Source of the DNA: Octopus sinensis
Lineage: Eukaryota
Assembly (NCBI RefSeq): GCF_006345805.1
Contig: NW_021824656.1
Coordinates: 1 to 48,608 of the forward strand
Direction: 5' to 3'
Length of the DNA stretch: 48,608 nt
Below are positions 13,380 through 26,900 of the stretch, piece by piece. How positions within the stretch are numbered: the first letter of the stretch is position 1; each line of letters opens with the position of its first letter. Made by a program: the position numbers and the translations under genes. The notes below the pieces were generated by a model. It did not search any database, was not told the origin of the DNA, and was given only the letters and a program-made list of their open reading frames with translations.

Positions 13380-13840
13380 AATTATTGTGATCTTCAAGTA
13401 TGAAAGAGGAATTAGATAAGCATTACGAGTTAATAGATTTATAAGGTTATTAGGGATTACCTAAGAAGTATAGTGGAAATATACTGCGTGGTTGTTTAGG
13501 CATTTGGATTTGTGGTAGAATTTGAATGTGTGAAAAAAGTGGTGGTTGCATGTGCTTAGGGCCTCATTATGTTTATTTAGCGGTGTTGAAAAGTTCTGCT
13601 CCAATATATGAAGTGCCTCCTTCAGGCAAAACTTGCAGGTTGAGCGTTGACTTTGGTATGGAAACCCTAAATCCAATATGGACCATGACAAAGTATAGGG
13701 TATATTTGTATTTTTAGATGATATATGTGACTGGCGAGTGTTGTAGATTTAGGTGAGCGGCATATCGTTCTTTAAAATTTATGGTTGATCCGATGTATGT
13801 GGCAGTACAATTGTGTAATATGTATTTGTAAAAAGTTAAC
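13380..13840 (-). pseudogene. Penelope-like GIY-YIG fragment (copy 2)
   Basis: Same sequence as copy 1. Confidence 0.8.
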
Positions 13841-14065
13841 GTTATTTAATAAACAGCTATATATAACAAACAAATGAAATGAAGAAATGAATACCCGGAA
13901 ATCTGCCTCAAATTCTTGCATCAAAATAGACGTGGCTAAAGATACCCAAGATTGTGCAAACTCAGTTGGTAATGATAAACCAGATAGCCAAGAATAGTAA
14001 TAGTATCTGAGAAATATGAGCTTCCATGTAGTTTCCAGCGATCAAATTTCACTCAATGCCTCGCG

Positions 14066-14098
14066 CATTTGGAAGACGGAAACTGAAAGAAACTTATA

Positions 14099-14168
<70 letters not shown>

Positions 14169-14372
14169 CTGTATGTATGTGGGTGTATGTGTGTATGTGT
14201 CACCACGGCTGGACAAAGGTGTTAGTGTATTTATGTCCCTGTAACATAGCAGTTCGGCAAACGAGACCGATAGAATAAGCACCTGTCTTTAAAATATTAA
14301 ATACAGGTGTCGATTCATTCGACTAGAATTCTTAAAAGCCCCAGTTCAATGTCTGAAAGAACTAAGAGCTAA
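14066..14372 (+). mobile_element. Degenerate SINE family B with long internal (TA)n
   Basis: ttggaagacggaaactgaaaga-(TA)n-...gcagttcggcaaacgagaccgatagaataag. Confidence 0.65.
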
Positions 14373-15112
14373 AAAGCCAGCAGTTTGCTCAAAAGAATTA
14401 CCAATATTTGACTTGTATACCATTTATCTTCCCAGAAGGAGGAAAAGTGAAATTGAAATCCACGAGATTTGAACTCAGCACATAAAGAGCCAAAGCTAAT
14501 CACGATGAGGCGATTTTTGTCCGATATTCTTACGATTGTGCCACTTCCACTGCCACTACACCCACGACGCCCCATTGTGATTTAAAAATAATACTAACAG
14601 TAGCTACTATTTTATTCTTTTATCACCAAGTTATCCACCAGGCAAAACGTAAAAAAATGGTAATATAAATCGATTGGAACATCTGACTGGAACAGATTTC
14701 CATTAACGTTGTGTAAGATAGACTTGAATTTAGACAGTCGAAATTAATTATGAATTGAATTGTCCAGAAGCTATCAGAGTATACATTCTATCTGGTTCAC
14801 AAGTGCATTGATTATCGCACAGTGTGATATCTTTTGTAGGAATTCAAACAAAACTTTCATTGACTTTTTGTCTGGAAAACTGCACTGGAAATTTACGATA
14901 GATATCTTTTAATGTTACAAACGAAAACATGTAAAAGAAAGAGGAACTTGAGTAATAGGTTGAATAATCTCTTGTTGCATCTGCTGTTATTTATCTTGTT
15001 GTTGTTGTTGTTGTTTCGAGTCAGATCAATCCAGATCAAAACAAACTATGTTGAAAAGCTTTTTAACTATGTTGATACCTAATTTTTATTAAGCGTACAA
15101 CTATATTCTCGA

Positions 15113-15405
15113 ATTCTGTTGTGTCTGGGGAGAGTCATTTTCTTTTTGTGCCTTATAATGTAACACACTCACAGGTAAAATTTCCACTTATTTCTTATTT
15201 TTATTTTCCTAAAATTTTCGTTGTGTCTTGCAACCTTTTCAAGAGTCTTTTCAACCTTTTCAAGAGTCAAGACTATCGAAACGGTTGCAAGACGCAACGA
15301 AAATTTTTGGAAAATAAAAATAAGAAATAAGTGGAAATTTTACCGGTGAGTGTGTTACGTTTTAAGGTACAAAAAGAAAATGACTCTCCCCAGACACAAC
15401 AGAAT
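15113..15405. mobile_element. Palindromic (fold-back) MITE-like element
   Basis: Arms of ~125 bp (attctgttgtgtctggggagagtc...gtcttgcaacc and its reverse complement) with few mismatches. Centre has a duplicated caaccttttcaagagtc. Confidence 0.85.
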
Positions 15406-15596
15406 ATGCTTCAACACACGAATTCATATAATGAATCTTGCAAACCAACCCCAAAAACGAAATATATTCTCGAAGATTTCCTTCGCGTTTATCATTTCAG
15501 TACGATGGCATTTAAGTGGATGTGGTTGTTTCTAGCAGATTGAGTATCCACGTACGAGCATATTTAATCATTTCTAAAGATTATTCGTTTCAAATG

Positions 15597-15955
15597 TTGG
15601 CACAAGGACAGCAATTTCAGGGGAGCGGTAAGTCGATTACAATGACTCCAGTACTCAACGGGTACTTATTCTATCGACCCTGAGAGGATGAAAGGCAAGT
15701 TTGATCTCGACGGAATTTGAACTCAGAATGTAAAAACGGACGAAATACCTATTTCTTTACTACCCACAAGGGGCTAAACATAGAGGAGACAAACAAGGAC
15801 AGACACACGGATTAAGTCGAATATATCGACCCCAGTGCGTAGCTGGTACTTAATTTATCGACCCCGAAAGGATGAACGGAAAAGTCGACCTCGGCGGAAT
15901 TTGGACTCAGAAGGTAACGGCAGACGAAATACGGCTACGCATTTCGCCCGGTGTG
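15597..15955 (-). mobile_element. SINE family A, full copy plus downstream partial unit
   Basis: Reverse-complement family A with junction gacgaaatacctatttctt at ~15740-15757. Confidence 0.85.
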
Positions 15956-16886
15956 CAATCACCTTAAAATGAATCTGTTATTCTTTCGCCATTTTACTGA
16001 TCTTCCTATCATTCTATTAATTCATCTCTATTTGTCCCATCACCAATTTGTGCGCCGATGTACTATGGCGGTGGCTGACAGAATCTCTAATATTAAGGAG
16101 AAACAAAAGTAATTCACTGAAGTATCTGATCAAAATCATTGTATAGATCAAGGTGAGATTAACCCTTAATCCCCAATTTACGAATATAAATTTCTAGAGT
16201 TTGGCACCCTCCACACACACAGTGGTAACCGTAGTTAGAGAGTGTCTCCGTGTTGTAATTATTGTTTTCTAACCCATGCCGGTAAGCTGACTGAATCGTT
16301 AGCACGGCCGACAAAATGCTTAGCGTTATTTCTTCCAGCTTTACGTTCTGAATTCACATTCCACCGAGGTTGGCATTGACTTTCATCCTTTCGGGGTCAA
16401 TAAAATGATTACCACCGCAACGATATAATCGACGTAATTGACTAGTCACTCCACCCAAAAGCTTCAGATCATGTGCTTATTGTAAAAAGAATTGTAGTTA
16501 TTTAACCTTAGATCAGCTCCTGATGAGTGAGCCTGTAACTGGACATTTATCAGCTCAACTCCATCCACTCATTTTCGCTATAAGCTGTCGCCTACTTGTA
16601 TTTTCAAAGTTTAGGACATAGCGACGTGTCTTGCATTCACCATGGACAACATTAGACAAAAATAAACTTTTAGCAGCAGCTCTCCTTTTATTTTGTCCAA
16701 GCAACTGCCTCATTGAAATTGTTGACTATGGCTGTAAGAATTATTAATGAGAATTACAAGAAACAATACAAATAACAAAATTTGTGAATTGTTATAAATG
16801 GTACAGCACAGACGAAACAGATTTACATTATTCAAAGCGAATAGCTTGATCGAATAACCGTGTGCAAAGCTCCTGGAAGCAGAATT

Positions 16887-16920
16887 TATACATACATACA
16901 TACATACATACATACATACA

Positions 16921-16954
<34 letters not shown>

Positions 16955-17124
16955 CATTCATACATACATACATATATACATACTTACATATATATAAACA
17001 TACATACATACATATATACATACATACATACAAATATACATACATACATATACACATACATACATACATATATACATACATACATACATATAAACATACA
17101 TACATAAATATATACTTTCATACA

Positions 17125-17158
<34 letters not shown>

Positions 17159-17391
17159 CTATATATATACATACATACATATATACATGCATACATATAT
17201 ACATACATACATACATGCAAACATAAATACATACATGCATACATATATACATGCATACATACATACATACATACAAACATACATACATGCATACATACAT
17301 ACATACATACATACATACATACATACATACATACATGCAAACATACATACATACATATATACATGCAAACATACATACATACATACATACA

Positions 17392-17423
<32 letters not shown>

Positions 17424-17450
17424 CACACACGATATGCGTATACATACATA
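16887..17450. repeat. (CATA)n microsatellite, degenerate
   Basis: Directly visible. Confidence 0.95.
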
Positions 17451-17618
17451 TCCTCACTCACACAATCATATATGTATGTAAAAAATTTTGCAAATAAAAT
17501 ACTTGATACAGTCGCAATATTTCAAGAAATATTTTCTTAAAAGTTGTGTCTATGGAGAGTCATTACGATAATATGATAATATGATAATAACGGACGCACT
17601 GGTTCAATTCTACTTCTA

Positions 17619-17911
17619 TATTATTAGTCAGTTGGTTAAATATCTTACAAACTAATCGATTGGTTGTTTAATTTGGTACAACAGTACGTCATCTGTTTTG
17701 TTTTTGTTTGTCAAAAGTTCTTTCGTTGCAATTTGTAACCTTTTCTGTGACTTTTGGCTTAGTCCGATACGGAGGCTGCGTTCGTATGCTTGAGGCCCTG
17801 TTGAGGGTGCGTGTGTGGCCACGACAAACAAAAACAAATGACTTACTGTTCAACCAAAATAAACAAACAGTCGATTAGTTAGTTGGATATTTAATTAATT
17901 GACTAATAATA
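17619..17911. mobile_element. Old MITE-like element with ~90-bp terminal inverted repeats
   Basis: 17619-17712 versus the reverse complement of 17823-17911, roughly 80% identical by eye. Confidence 0.7.
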
Positions 17912-18066
17912 AAGAACTGTTCTTAAAAGTTATTAACTATTTAAATTTAATTTTTTAATATTTCTTTGAAAAACAGAATGTCGCGCTCTTGGGAAGAAAT
18001 GTACGTATTGTGTGTATGTGTGTGTATGTGTGTGCGCGCACGCGTGCGTGTTTGTGTGTGTGTGTG

Positions 18067-18098
<32 letters not shown>

Positions 18099-18134
18099 GT
18101 GTGTGTGTGTGTGTGTGCGTGTGTAAGTTTGCGT

Positions 18135-18330
18135 GTCTGTGTTTGTCACCCCAACATTGTTTGACAGCCGATGCTGGTGGTTTACGTCCCCGTAGCTTCG
18201 CGGTTCGGCAAAAGAGACCGATAGAATAAGTACTAGGCTTACAAAGAATAAGTCCTGGGGTCGATTTGCTCGACTGAAGACCGTGCTACAGCATGGCCAC
18301 AATCAAATTTATGAATCAAGTAAAAGAGTA
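18135..18330 (+). mobile_element. SINE family B 3' half, followed by (GA)n(GATA)n
   Basis: gcggttcggcaaaagagaccgatagaataagtac...agtaaaagagt. Confidence 0.85.
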
Positions 18331-18355
18331 TATACAGATACATAGATAGATAGAT

Positions 18356-18468
<113 letters not shown>

Positions 18469-19059
18469 CATTCATACATATATACATACATTCATACATA
18501 TGTATCTTTGTTCATACATACAAGCAGTATACTTACATACAAATAGACTTACAACATACCTACATACATACATATTACTCCTAAATATATTCATATATGG
18601 AAAGTGATAGCTGCAAGTCATGTCTACTAAATTTACTGCATCTTAAAGTGTGACCATCCAATTCAATTGTTTCAAGCAAGACTGTCCGATTAAATGCAAC
18701 AGCAGACTATAATTAAATTAGGCTCTGATCCCAAAGTCCTGGTTAATATTTGCCTTAACTCTATCAGTGGTGTTAACACATAATTAACAAAATTATGTAA
18801 TTCAGAATAACAGAAACACTTCGCAAATACTCGTCCACAAACGAACATTTTCAAACGGAAAATTAAGGACACAAAAGAATGACAATGTATGATATATGTT
18901 GAATAGAATTACGTACATTTAATGTCTGGCATTTAATGAAAACTGTCTGTTCAATATAGGAATATAATTATAATATTTGTGATTTTTAATCGCTGACAAA
19001 GTATTCTGCAGTCAAATATGTCCTTCGGGACAATATACATACAAACAGACGTGTGTGTG

Positions 19060-19241
19060 TTATATGTATGTAGATATATATATATATATATATATAATAT
19101 ATAATATATATATATATATATAATGAGATATAATAGTATGTATGTAGGTATGTGTATATATTGTATATATATATGTAATATACATATATATACATATATT
19201 ATATATACATATAGCTACATATATATTATATGTAAGATATG

Positions 19242-19275
<34 letters not shown>

Positions 19276-19407
19276 ATATATAGTGTATATACATAAATGT
19301 ATATATAATATACATATAGATATTTATATGTATATATATATGTATATATATATATTATATAGAATAAATATATATATGGATATATATATTTATATATATA
19401 TATGCAT

Positions 19408-19448
<41 letters not shown>

Positions 19449-19515
19449 AAATACACACATATATATAAATAGTAATTTGAGGATTAACTCTTCACTTCTC
19501 TCTCTTCTCCTCTCT

Positions 19516-19558
<43 letters not shown>

Positions 19559-19560
19559 CT
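19060..19560. repeat. (TA)n-rich complex microsatellite and (CT)n
   Basis: Directly visible. Confidence 0.9.
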
Positions 19561-19820
19561 TCTCTCAAAGCGGACACAGCGCATTGTATTTAAGATATCT
19601 TGAGACTTGCTAATGAAAATCTGCTATTTCTAACATTCCTATCCACAGTTTTTATGTCTATTAAAAATTTAATCTATCCGAATATCTATTCAGCTGTCTG
19701 CTTCTATGTCCCTCTCTGTATCTCTGTGTCTGTCTATGTCTCATAGTCTAACTAACGATCTACGTATATAAACGACGCATAGATACACAGATTTATGATA
19801 TACTTTATATATATATATAC

Positions 19821-19855
<35 letters not shown>

Positions 19856-20463
19856 ATACATATATATATATATATAGAAATAGATATATATGCATACATA
19901 TCTATACTTATAATATATATATATACATATACATACATATCTATACATAGTTATATATACATATGAATATATATACACACACATATGTATATATGTGTCC
20001 GTATCTATGAATATATGTATGTATGTATGTATGTATACATGTACGTAGGTATGTTGGTAGGTAGGTAGGTAGGGTAGGTATGTTACAGTTTATTTATCTG
20101 ACCGTCTCAAATTCATAACATGCGATATATCAATTCGAATCTTCAATGGATTTTTATTAGCATTTAATCAATTTTAGTTGATAATGTATCGAACGTATCT
20201 TAATACGATGCACTATATCGATTTTTGCATCTTTTTAAAACTTCTGTTTCTGCATACAATCATACTAACCCTATTGTTGTTGTTATTGAAATTTAGGGTT
20301 ACGTTGGCACTTATTTGGTGAGAGCAAAACTGAAAACATTTCAATTATAGTAGAGCCTAATTTTAAAGAGATTTGGCTGTTATTTCTCACGGCCCATCAT
20401 TTAACATCATTATTACAGTCAGGTTTGCGTAACTCAAAGTTATTCTAGCAATAATCATTCTAT

Positions 20464-20887
20464 GGATCTTTTCAGTTTGAACGGCAGTTTTTTCTAGCGA
20501 TGTCATATGAAATTGTCACCCATAATTATGAGCCTAGTATCGATCTATTGCATTTCAAGCTATTTTAGGGTTAGTTAGGGTTAGGGATAGGGGGAAGGGT
20601 ATCTTTTTTTTCTTCACAAATGTAAATAAACCCATTCTTTTTTTCTTAAACGAGAGACATATTCATACGGCACAGAATGTTGTTTACCTCAATGGACGTA
20701 ATTGATTTGTTGAAATTGCTGAAATTGAAGAAAAAAAACAACAAATATGTTACAAACTATAGAATTTTCTCAATAAAGCCAAGAGAAAAAGATGTTTTAT
20801 AAACACATTCTACCAGTATACGAAGTTTAAATTTTTTTAGTTACCTAGAAATTATGTTAAGAACTGCCGTTCAAACCGAAAAGATCC
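20464..20887 (+). mobile_element. MITE with 26-bp TIRs and 8-bp TSD (Merlin-like)
   Basis: TIR ggatcttttcagtttgaacggcagtt / aactgccgttcaaaccgaaaagatcc. TSD cattctat (20456-20463) / cagtctat (20888-20895). Internal TTAGGG-like repeats. Confidence 0.85.
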
Positions 20888-21812
20888 CAGTCTATTGTTA
20901 TTCTGGCATAGTGTAACGAGAAATATCTCATTAATTGTGTATAAAACACCTGGCCAAGGTGCCGCCCAGTGGGATTGAACGCAAAACCACATGGTTGCTG
21001 AGCGAACTACTTAACCACTGTTATGTCGCACGTTCGGATGCCTCTACTATTCAACCTACTCTGTTCTAGTCTACACTTCTTTCGACGTCTAGACTTTTCC
21101 CTCTGTATCTACGTATTGGGCTAGTCTTCTTCGTCGTCTGGGGGCGTCGACACAACAACCACAAAGGTATGCTTGCTTTGAGAGTAGAAACTACAGCTAA
21201 AATGGTGGAATTCAAAGAATTGCCACCAGTAGTGGATTTAGTCGAAATTGAACCACTAATGAAATATTACTAAAAAGTAAATAAGTATGTCAAATCGACA
21301 GGAAAAAAGAAAAATGAGGAAAAAAAGGGGAAAAGAAAGAGTAAGTGTTTTATGTTATGTTTAATAATATCGGAAAAATAGAAGAACATTTTTAGAGAAC
21401 GTATATAACGGTTCAAATAATTGTAATGGTAGACGATAATTAAGTGTTATGTAATCACATGATAAAAACGAACAGTTTAAAAATATTAATGGTAATGCAT
21501 GTGATGAGGGGCGCATGCAGCCATTCATAACCCCATTATTGTATAATCATCTCATCATATTCGTTCTATGTATTGTCCCCTCTGTGGTGTCCTGTCTGTC
21601 CTTGTTTGTCCCCCTCTGTGGTTGGGCCCTTGTGGCTAATAAAGAAACCGAGAATAGAAACTACAGCTAAAATATGTAGCTAAGACATCAAGACGAGTGA
21701 TCGCAACGAAGGCAAATGCAAATGAAGAAAAGTTACCATAAACACTGTTAGTTTCTTTCTGGTTAGCTGGAACTGTACTGATTCATCTTTCCGGTTAATG
21801 GTGAGGAAATTG

Positions 21813-22218
21813 GGATCTATTCGGTTTGAACGGCAGATTTTAACATAATTTCTAGGTAACTAAAAAATGTTAAACTTCGTATACTGGTAGAATGTATTTA
21901 AAAAACATCTTTTTCTCTTGGCTTTATTGAGAAAATTCTATAGTTTGTAAGATATTTTTTGTTTTTTTTTTCTTAAATTTCTGCAATTTCAACCAATCAG
22001 TGACGTCTATTGAGTTAAAAAGTATTCTGTGCCGTATGAATATGTCCCTCGTTTAAGAAACAGATTGGATTTATTTACATTTGTGAAGAAAAAAAGATAC
22101 CCTAACCCTAACCCTAAAAGAGATTGAAATGCAATAGATCGATTCTAGGGTCATAATTATGGGTGACAATTTCATATGACACCGCTAGAAAAAACTGCCG
22201 TTCAAACCGAAAAGATCC
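21813..22218 (-). mobile_element. Second copy of the Merlin-like MITE, inverted
   Basis: Same TIRs, reverse-complement interior. Perfect TSD ggaaattg at 21805-21812 and 22219-22226. Confidence 0.9.
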
Positions 22219-22589
22219 GGAAATTGTACATAATATGAGATACATACTTCTGGAAATTACTACCCCATTAATTTGGCTATATATCGGTTAATGGAATTAT
22301 GGCACAACATTTCTCTTTTACATACGGATGGGACTTTGGGAAGTATTATACGTAAACTTCAATAAGTAGATAAATAAACGGATAGGGAGACAAGAAGAGA
22401 GACAGATAGTTAGAAAGACAGACAGACTAATTGATAAATATATTTCAGAGAGATGAGAGCGGGAATTAACGAGATGGACAAGATAAGAAAATGGAAGAAC
22501 AAAATAAGACAGAGAGACAGAGAGACAGACAGATAGTCAGACAAAATAATAGACGGACTAATAAATATATCTGAGAGAAAGAGAGATAA

Positions 22590-22648
22590 AGAAAAAAAGA
22601 AAGAAAGGAAAAGAAACAAGGAAAGAAAGAAAGGAAAAGAAACAAGGA

Positions 22649-22699
<51 letters not shown>

Positions 22700-22870
22700 G
22701 GAAAAAACGAGGAAAGAAAGAAAGAAAGAAAGAAAGAAAGAGATGGCGAATTAATGAGATGGACAGAACAGAAAGCAGAAACAGATAAAATGATAGAAAG
22801 GCAGACAGACAGACAGGCAAGCAGACAGGCAGACAGCAGACAGGCAGGCAGGTAGGTAGGTTGGTAGGTA
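22590..22870. repeat. (GAAA)n, (GACA)n and (GGTA)n microsatellites
   Basis: Directly visible. Confidence 0.9.
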
Positions 22871-23617
22871 GACAGATAATATACCTAGGTCCAGGCAAAC
22901 CGAAACTTGGCGCAATGACATAAGTAGGAAACTGAACATTGCACATGTGTGTCTGTGTGTGTAATTGTATGTGTGGTTGTGCGTGTGTTTGTATGTCTAT
23001 ACAAATACCATACGTACACAGATTCACACACACACACACATGTAATCACGCTCGCTGAAGCTTTTCTCTTCTCTTTGTACATTTATTTGATTTAGGACCA
23101 GGAACTCATAGAAATATAAAAGAAATGCAGAGCGGCAAGTTCTTCTTTAAGTGCTTAACGATGACTTGTGCAATTCCACTTGGAAGTGGCTGTATTTGAT
23201 TTTCGAGTTTCCAGCGATGACCACATAGGATTTAAACACGGCAGAATAATAACATTTTCATGTGCAGATGTGTACGGAATTCACTCGGACCTTTCTCTTT
23301 CAAGAACAGACCTTGACCAAGCAAGAAACTAATGCTTTGTTAGTTTAACTCCTCAAAGTAGCAAAAAGATAAAGTGTTCCATAAAATTCATTGCCTATTT
23401 TTTGTTCAGTTTTTGCCTTCATGTTCGGTTTTAAAACATCGCTGGATTTCAAGTGGCTGCCTTCATTTAGGTTTCGGTAAAATAAGCCATAGTAATAAAC
23501 AGGTATTATTAGCTCAGTAAGCTGTCGACTTTCCTAATAGTTTTGATATTGAAGATACAGGTAGCAATTAACGTAAAACTACTGAATAAATGTGTATATA
23601 TATATATATATATATAT

Positions 23618-23790
23618 AGGAAGAGTTCACGAAAAAAACAAACGACGAAGACAGGTGGTGTACAAAACAAACGCTCAGGAATAGAAAAAGTCTTTTACGT
23701 TTCGAGCCTACGCTCTGCTACAGAAAGGGACACAGAAAAAAAAAACAAGGAGAGAAAAAATAGGAGAGAAAGAAATAGGAGAGGAAAAAA
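23618..23790 (-). mobile_element. Family H short repeat (PLE pLTR-like) with minimal hammerhead-like motif, ending in (TA)n
   Basis: Minus strand CTTT-CTGTAGC-A-GAGC-gtag-GCTC-GAAAC-GTA-AAAG (core 23723-23699). Confidence 0.7.
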
Positions 23791-24473
23791 ATATATATGC
23801 ACGCATGCATGCACACATTTACATATGTGCATACATACATACATGCAGATTCAAGCCATCAATGGAATTGTAAAAAAAATTTAAGTTCCAGAAGTTTCGG
23901 ATTTAACTATATATGGGCATGCCTAGACATGCAACTATGTGCATGAAAAATTTATATATATATGACAAAACTACAATTCTGCACATGCACTGACTCCAAA
24001 TGCTGCACACATACACACAAACATGCACAAATACCTTGTTGACGATGAAATTCCTATGAAGGAGACTTGGATGTAGGTTAGAAACTAGTTCATTCTTTAT
24101 TGGCAAGAAATCTTGAAATAAAACTGAATGATAAAATACATACATACATACATACATACATACATACATACATACATACATACACACATAGACACATCAA
24201 TACATACATACATGATGAATGGTGATTGCTTCATATTCTTCCGAATGATAGCCGTTTCACATTCAGCCTGATTGTTGGTTTTCTATACAGGAAATCAGCG
24301 GACCGAAAAATGAAATGAATAGGACATCTGTACGTCTTAGAATTTAAGCGTCAAACTCATGTGAAACGCTTTTGCCACTTTCTGGATCGCCATGGTAGTT
24401 TCAATTGACAAACATAGCAAGATGACTGGTATTATTTTGACTACAATTTTAATGTCAGAGTATTTTCCATCTG

Positions 24474-24785
24474 TGGAGGCGCACTGGCCCAGTGGTTAGG
24501 GCAGCGGACTCGCGGTCGGAGGATCGCGGTTTCGATTCCCAGACCGGGCGTTGTGTGTGTTTATTGTGCAAAAACACTTAATAGCTCCACGAAGCTCCGG
24601 CAGGGGGTGGTGGCGACCCCTGTTGTACTCTTTCGCCACAACTTTCTCTCATTTCTTCTTCCGTTTCTTGAGTGACGCTGCGATGGACTGGCGTCCTGTC
24701 CAGTTGGGGGGAACACATACGCCACAGAAACCTGGAAACCGGGCCCATGATCTTGGTTAGGCTTGAAAAGGGCGCATAAATAAAT
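24474..24785 (+). mobile_element. tRNA-derived SINE family C: head 1 plus V-domain-like tail
   Basis: ggaggcgcactggcccagtggttagg, ggtttcgattcc; tail gctgcgatggactggcgtcctgtccag resembles the recalled V-SINE domain. Confidence 0.85.
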
Positions 24786-25029
24786 AAAAATGTCCATCTA
24801 AAAGAGCTGCCTTCCCCACAGCTTTGTCAAGAATAACAAGAATAACTGATGCCGCCTGTAACCCAGAGAAATTTATTCAACCCATAGATGGGATACTGAC
24901 AGGTACTACCATTCTGAGCCAGGGCGCACCTGGGAGTGATTGTTGTTAAGGGATGACTTCACGCTCCGCTACATCAGAACTCCCGGACAAGAGCCTCACC
25001 ACCAGATGCAATTTAATTTTATACTCATA

Positions 25030-25200
25030 GGCACAGGAATGGCTGTGGGGTAAGTAGCTTGTTTACCAACCACATGGATCCGGGTTCAATCCCACTGCGT
25101 GGCACCTTGGGCAAGTGTCTTCTACTCTAGCCTCGGGCCGACCAATGCCTTGTGAGTGGATTTGGTAGACGGAAACTGAAAAGAAGCCGTCGTATATATG

Positions 25201-25252
<52 letters not shown>

Positions 25253-25475
25253 TGTGTGTGTTTGTGTGTCTGTGTTTGTCCCCCTAGCATTGCTTGACAA
25301 CCGATGCTGGTGCGTTTATGTCCCCGTTACTTAGCGGTTCGGCAAAAGAGACCGATAGAATAAGTACTGGGATTACAAAAGAATAAGTCCCGGGGTCGAG
25401 TTGCTCGATTAAAGGCGGTGCTCCAGCATGGCCGCAGTCAAATGACTGAAACAAGTAAAAGAGTAAAAGAGTAAA
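25030..25475 (+). mobile_element. SINE family B, full length
   Basis: Complete bipartite structure with (gagtaaaa)n tail. Confidence 0.9.
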
Positions 25476-25702
25476 AGTGATACATATAAAAACATACGGA
25501 CATCATTGGTATAGTACGGTTCTCTTTCTCTTGTCTTTTCAATTCTTTCTTCTTTGCTTTGATAGCGTATATCACAAGGAAAATCAGATTATCGATGCCG
25601 TCTTTCTTTTAGTGTATTATTCCTTATCATACACTTCGTTTATCAAATGTTTACCTTATACCTAATACTAAACTTTTAAAACACGCATGTCAAGGCCGCC
25701 AA

Positions 25703-25704
<2 letters not shown>

Positions 25705-25741
<37 letters not shown>

Positions 25742-26017
25742 ATGTCTGTGTGTGTATATGTGTGTGTATGAGTGTCTGTGTGTGTGTGTGAGTCTCTGTG
25801 TCTGTGTGTGTGAGTGTCTCTCTGTCTGTGTGTGTGTGAATGTTTGTGTGTGTGTGAGTGTCTGTGTGTGTGTGAGTGTCTGTGTGTCTGTGTGTGTATG
25901 AGTGTGTGTGTGAGTGTCTCTCTGTCTGTGTGTGTGAGTGTATGTGTGTGTGTGTGTGGTGTCTGTGTGTTAGTGTGAGTGTCTGTGTGTGTGCGAGTGT
26001 CGTTGTGTGTGTGTTGA

Positions 26018-26065
<48 letters not shown>
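25705..26065. repeat. Complex (TG)n microsatellite
   Basis: Directly visible. Confidence 0.95.
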
Positions 26066-26238
26066 GTAAAATTAAAGAGATCAAAGGATATTCAATGCTG
26101 AAAGTCAAGAGTTACTTATGCTTATGACAGCTAGAATCTACACATCTAGCTATTCAACATTCACCTTCCCGATCATCTGCCTAGGTACTTGGAATGGTCA
26201 GGGACATGAGAGACAAAGACAGAGAGACAGACAAAGAT

Positions 26239-26275
<37 letters not shown>

Positions 26276-26587
26276 TAGACAGACAGACAGACAAATAGTC
26301 TGCATCTATAACTCAAGAGAAATCAACCTTGCCACTTGCACACACTTCCACATTTTTTTAATTTAACGGTATCAGTGTTTTGATGTTATAAGTGCTTAAG
26401 AAGTCTATGGAATACTCGGCCCCCATTGAGATTATGCAGCTAATTGAACCCTTGCTGTAAACCAAAGTCGGCGGCCTTGATACGCATGTGTCACAGTGAA
26501 GATTACATTATGATCATAAGCATCTACTCCTCAACATCTTATGTAATAAGGACTTAGACTATAACTTCGAACCAGTTATACGATCAT

Positions 26588-26900
26588 GTGAAGGCGCGTG
26601 GCTTAGTGGTTAGGGCATGCCGCTCACGATCGTAAATTTGTGAGTTCAAATCTCGGCGAGGCGTTGCGTCCTTGAGCCAGACACTTTATTCCACGTTGCA
26701 CCAGTCCATTCAGCTGGTAAAAATGAGTAGTACCTTTATTTCAAAGGGACCAGCCTTGTCACACTCTATGTCACGCTGAGAACTATGTTATGGGTACACG
26801 TGTCTGTGGAGTGCTCAGTCACTCGCACGTTAATTTCACGAGCGACCTGTTCTGTTGATCGTATCAGTTGGGACCCTCGTCATCTTAACCGACGGAGTGT
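26588..26900 (+). mobile_element. tRNA-derived SINE family C: head 2 plus body X
   Basis: gaaggcgcgtggcttagtggttagg, gagttcaaatc, gtccttgagccagacac; body gccttgtcacactct...aaccgacggagtg. Confidence 0.8.

Larger units (their letters stand above)
11585..14165. repeat. Tandem duplication of a ~1.27-kb unit bounded by (TA)n tracts
   Basis: The non-microsatellite part 12092-12820 recurs at 13372-14100 (offset 1280) with no differences seen by eye. The microsatellite part recurs at offset ~1270 with small indels. Confidence 0.95.

Noticed and set aside
20564-20590. Interstitial telomere
   Set aside because: There are only 2-3 imperfect TTAGGG units, and they are part of the MITE interior in both copies.
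21020-21170. Possible further RTE C-terminal remnants (also 33180-33330, 35830-35935)
   Set aside because: The similarity is too weak to support without an HMM search.
23180-23470. Short inverted (ccagcgatg/catcgctgg) and direct (aagtggctg) matches
   Set aside because: Matches of 9-11 bp are expected by chance at this scale.
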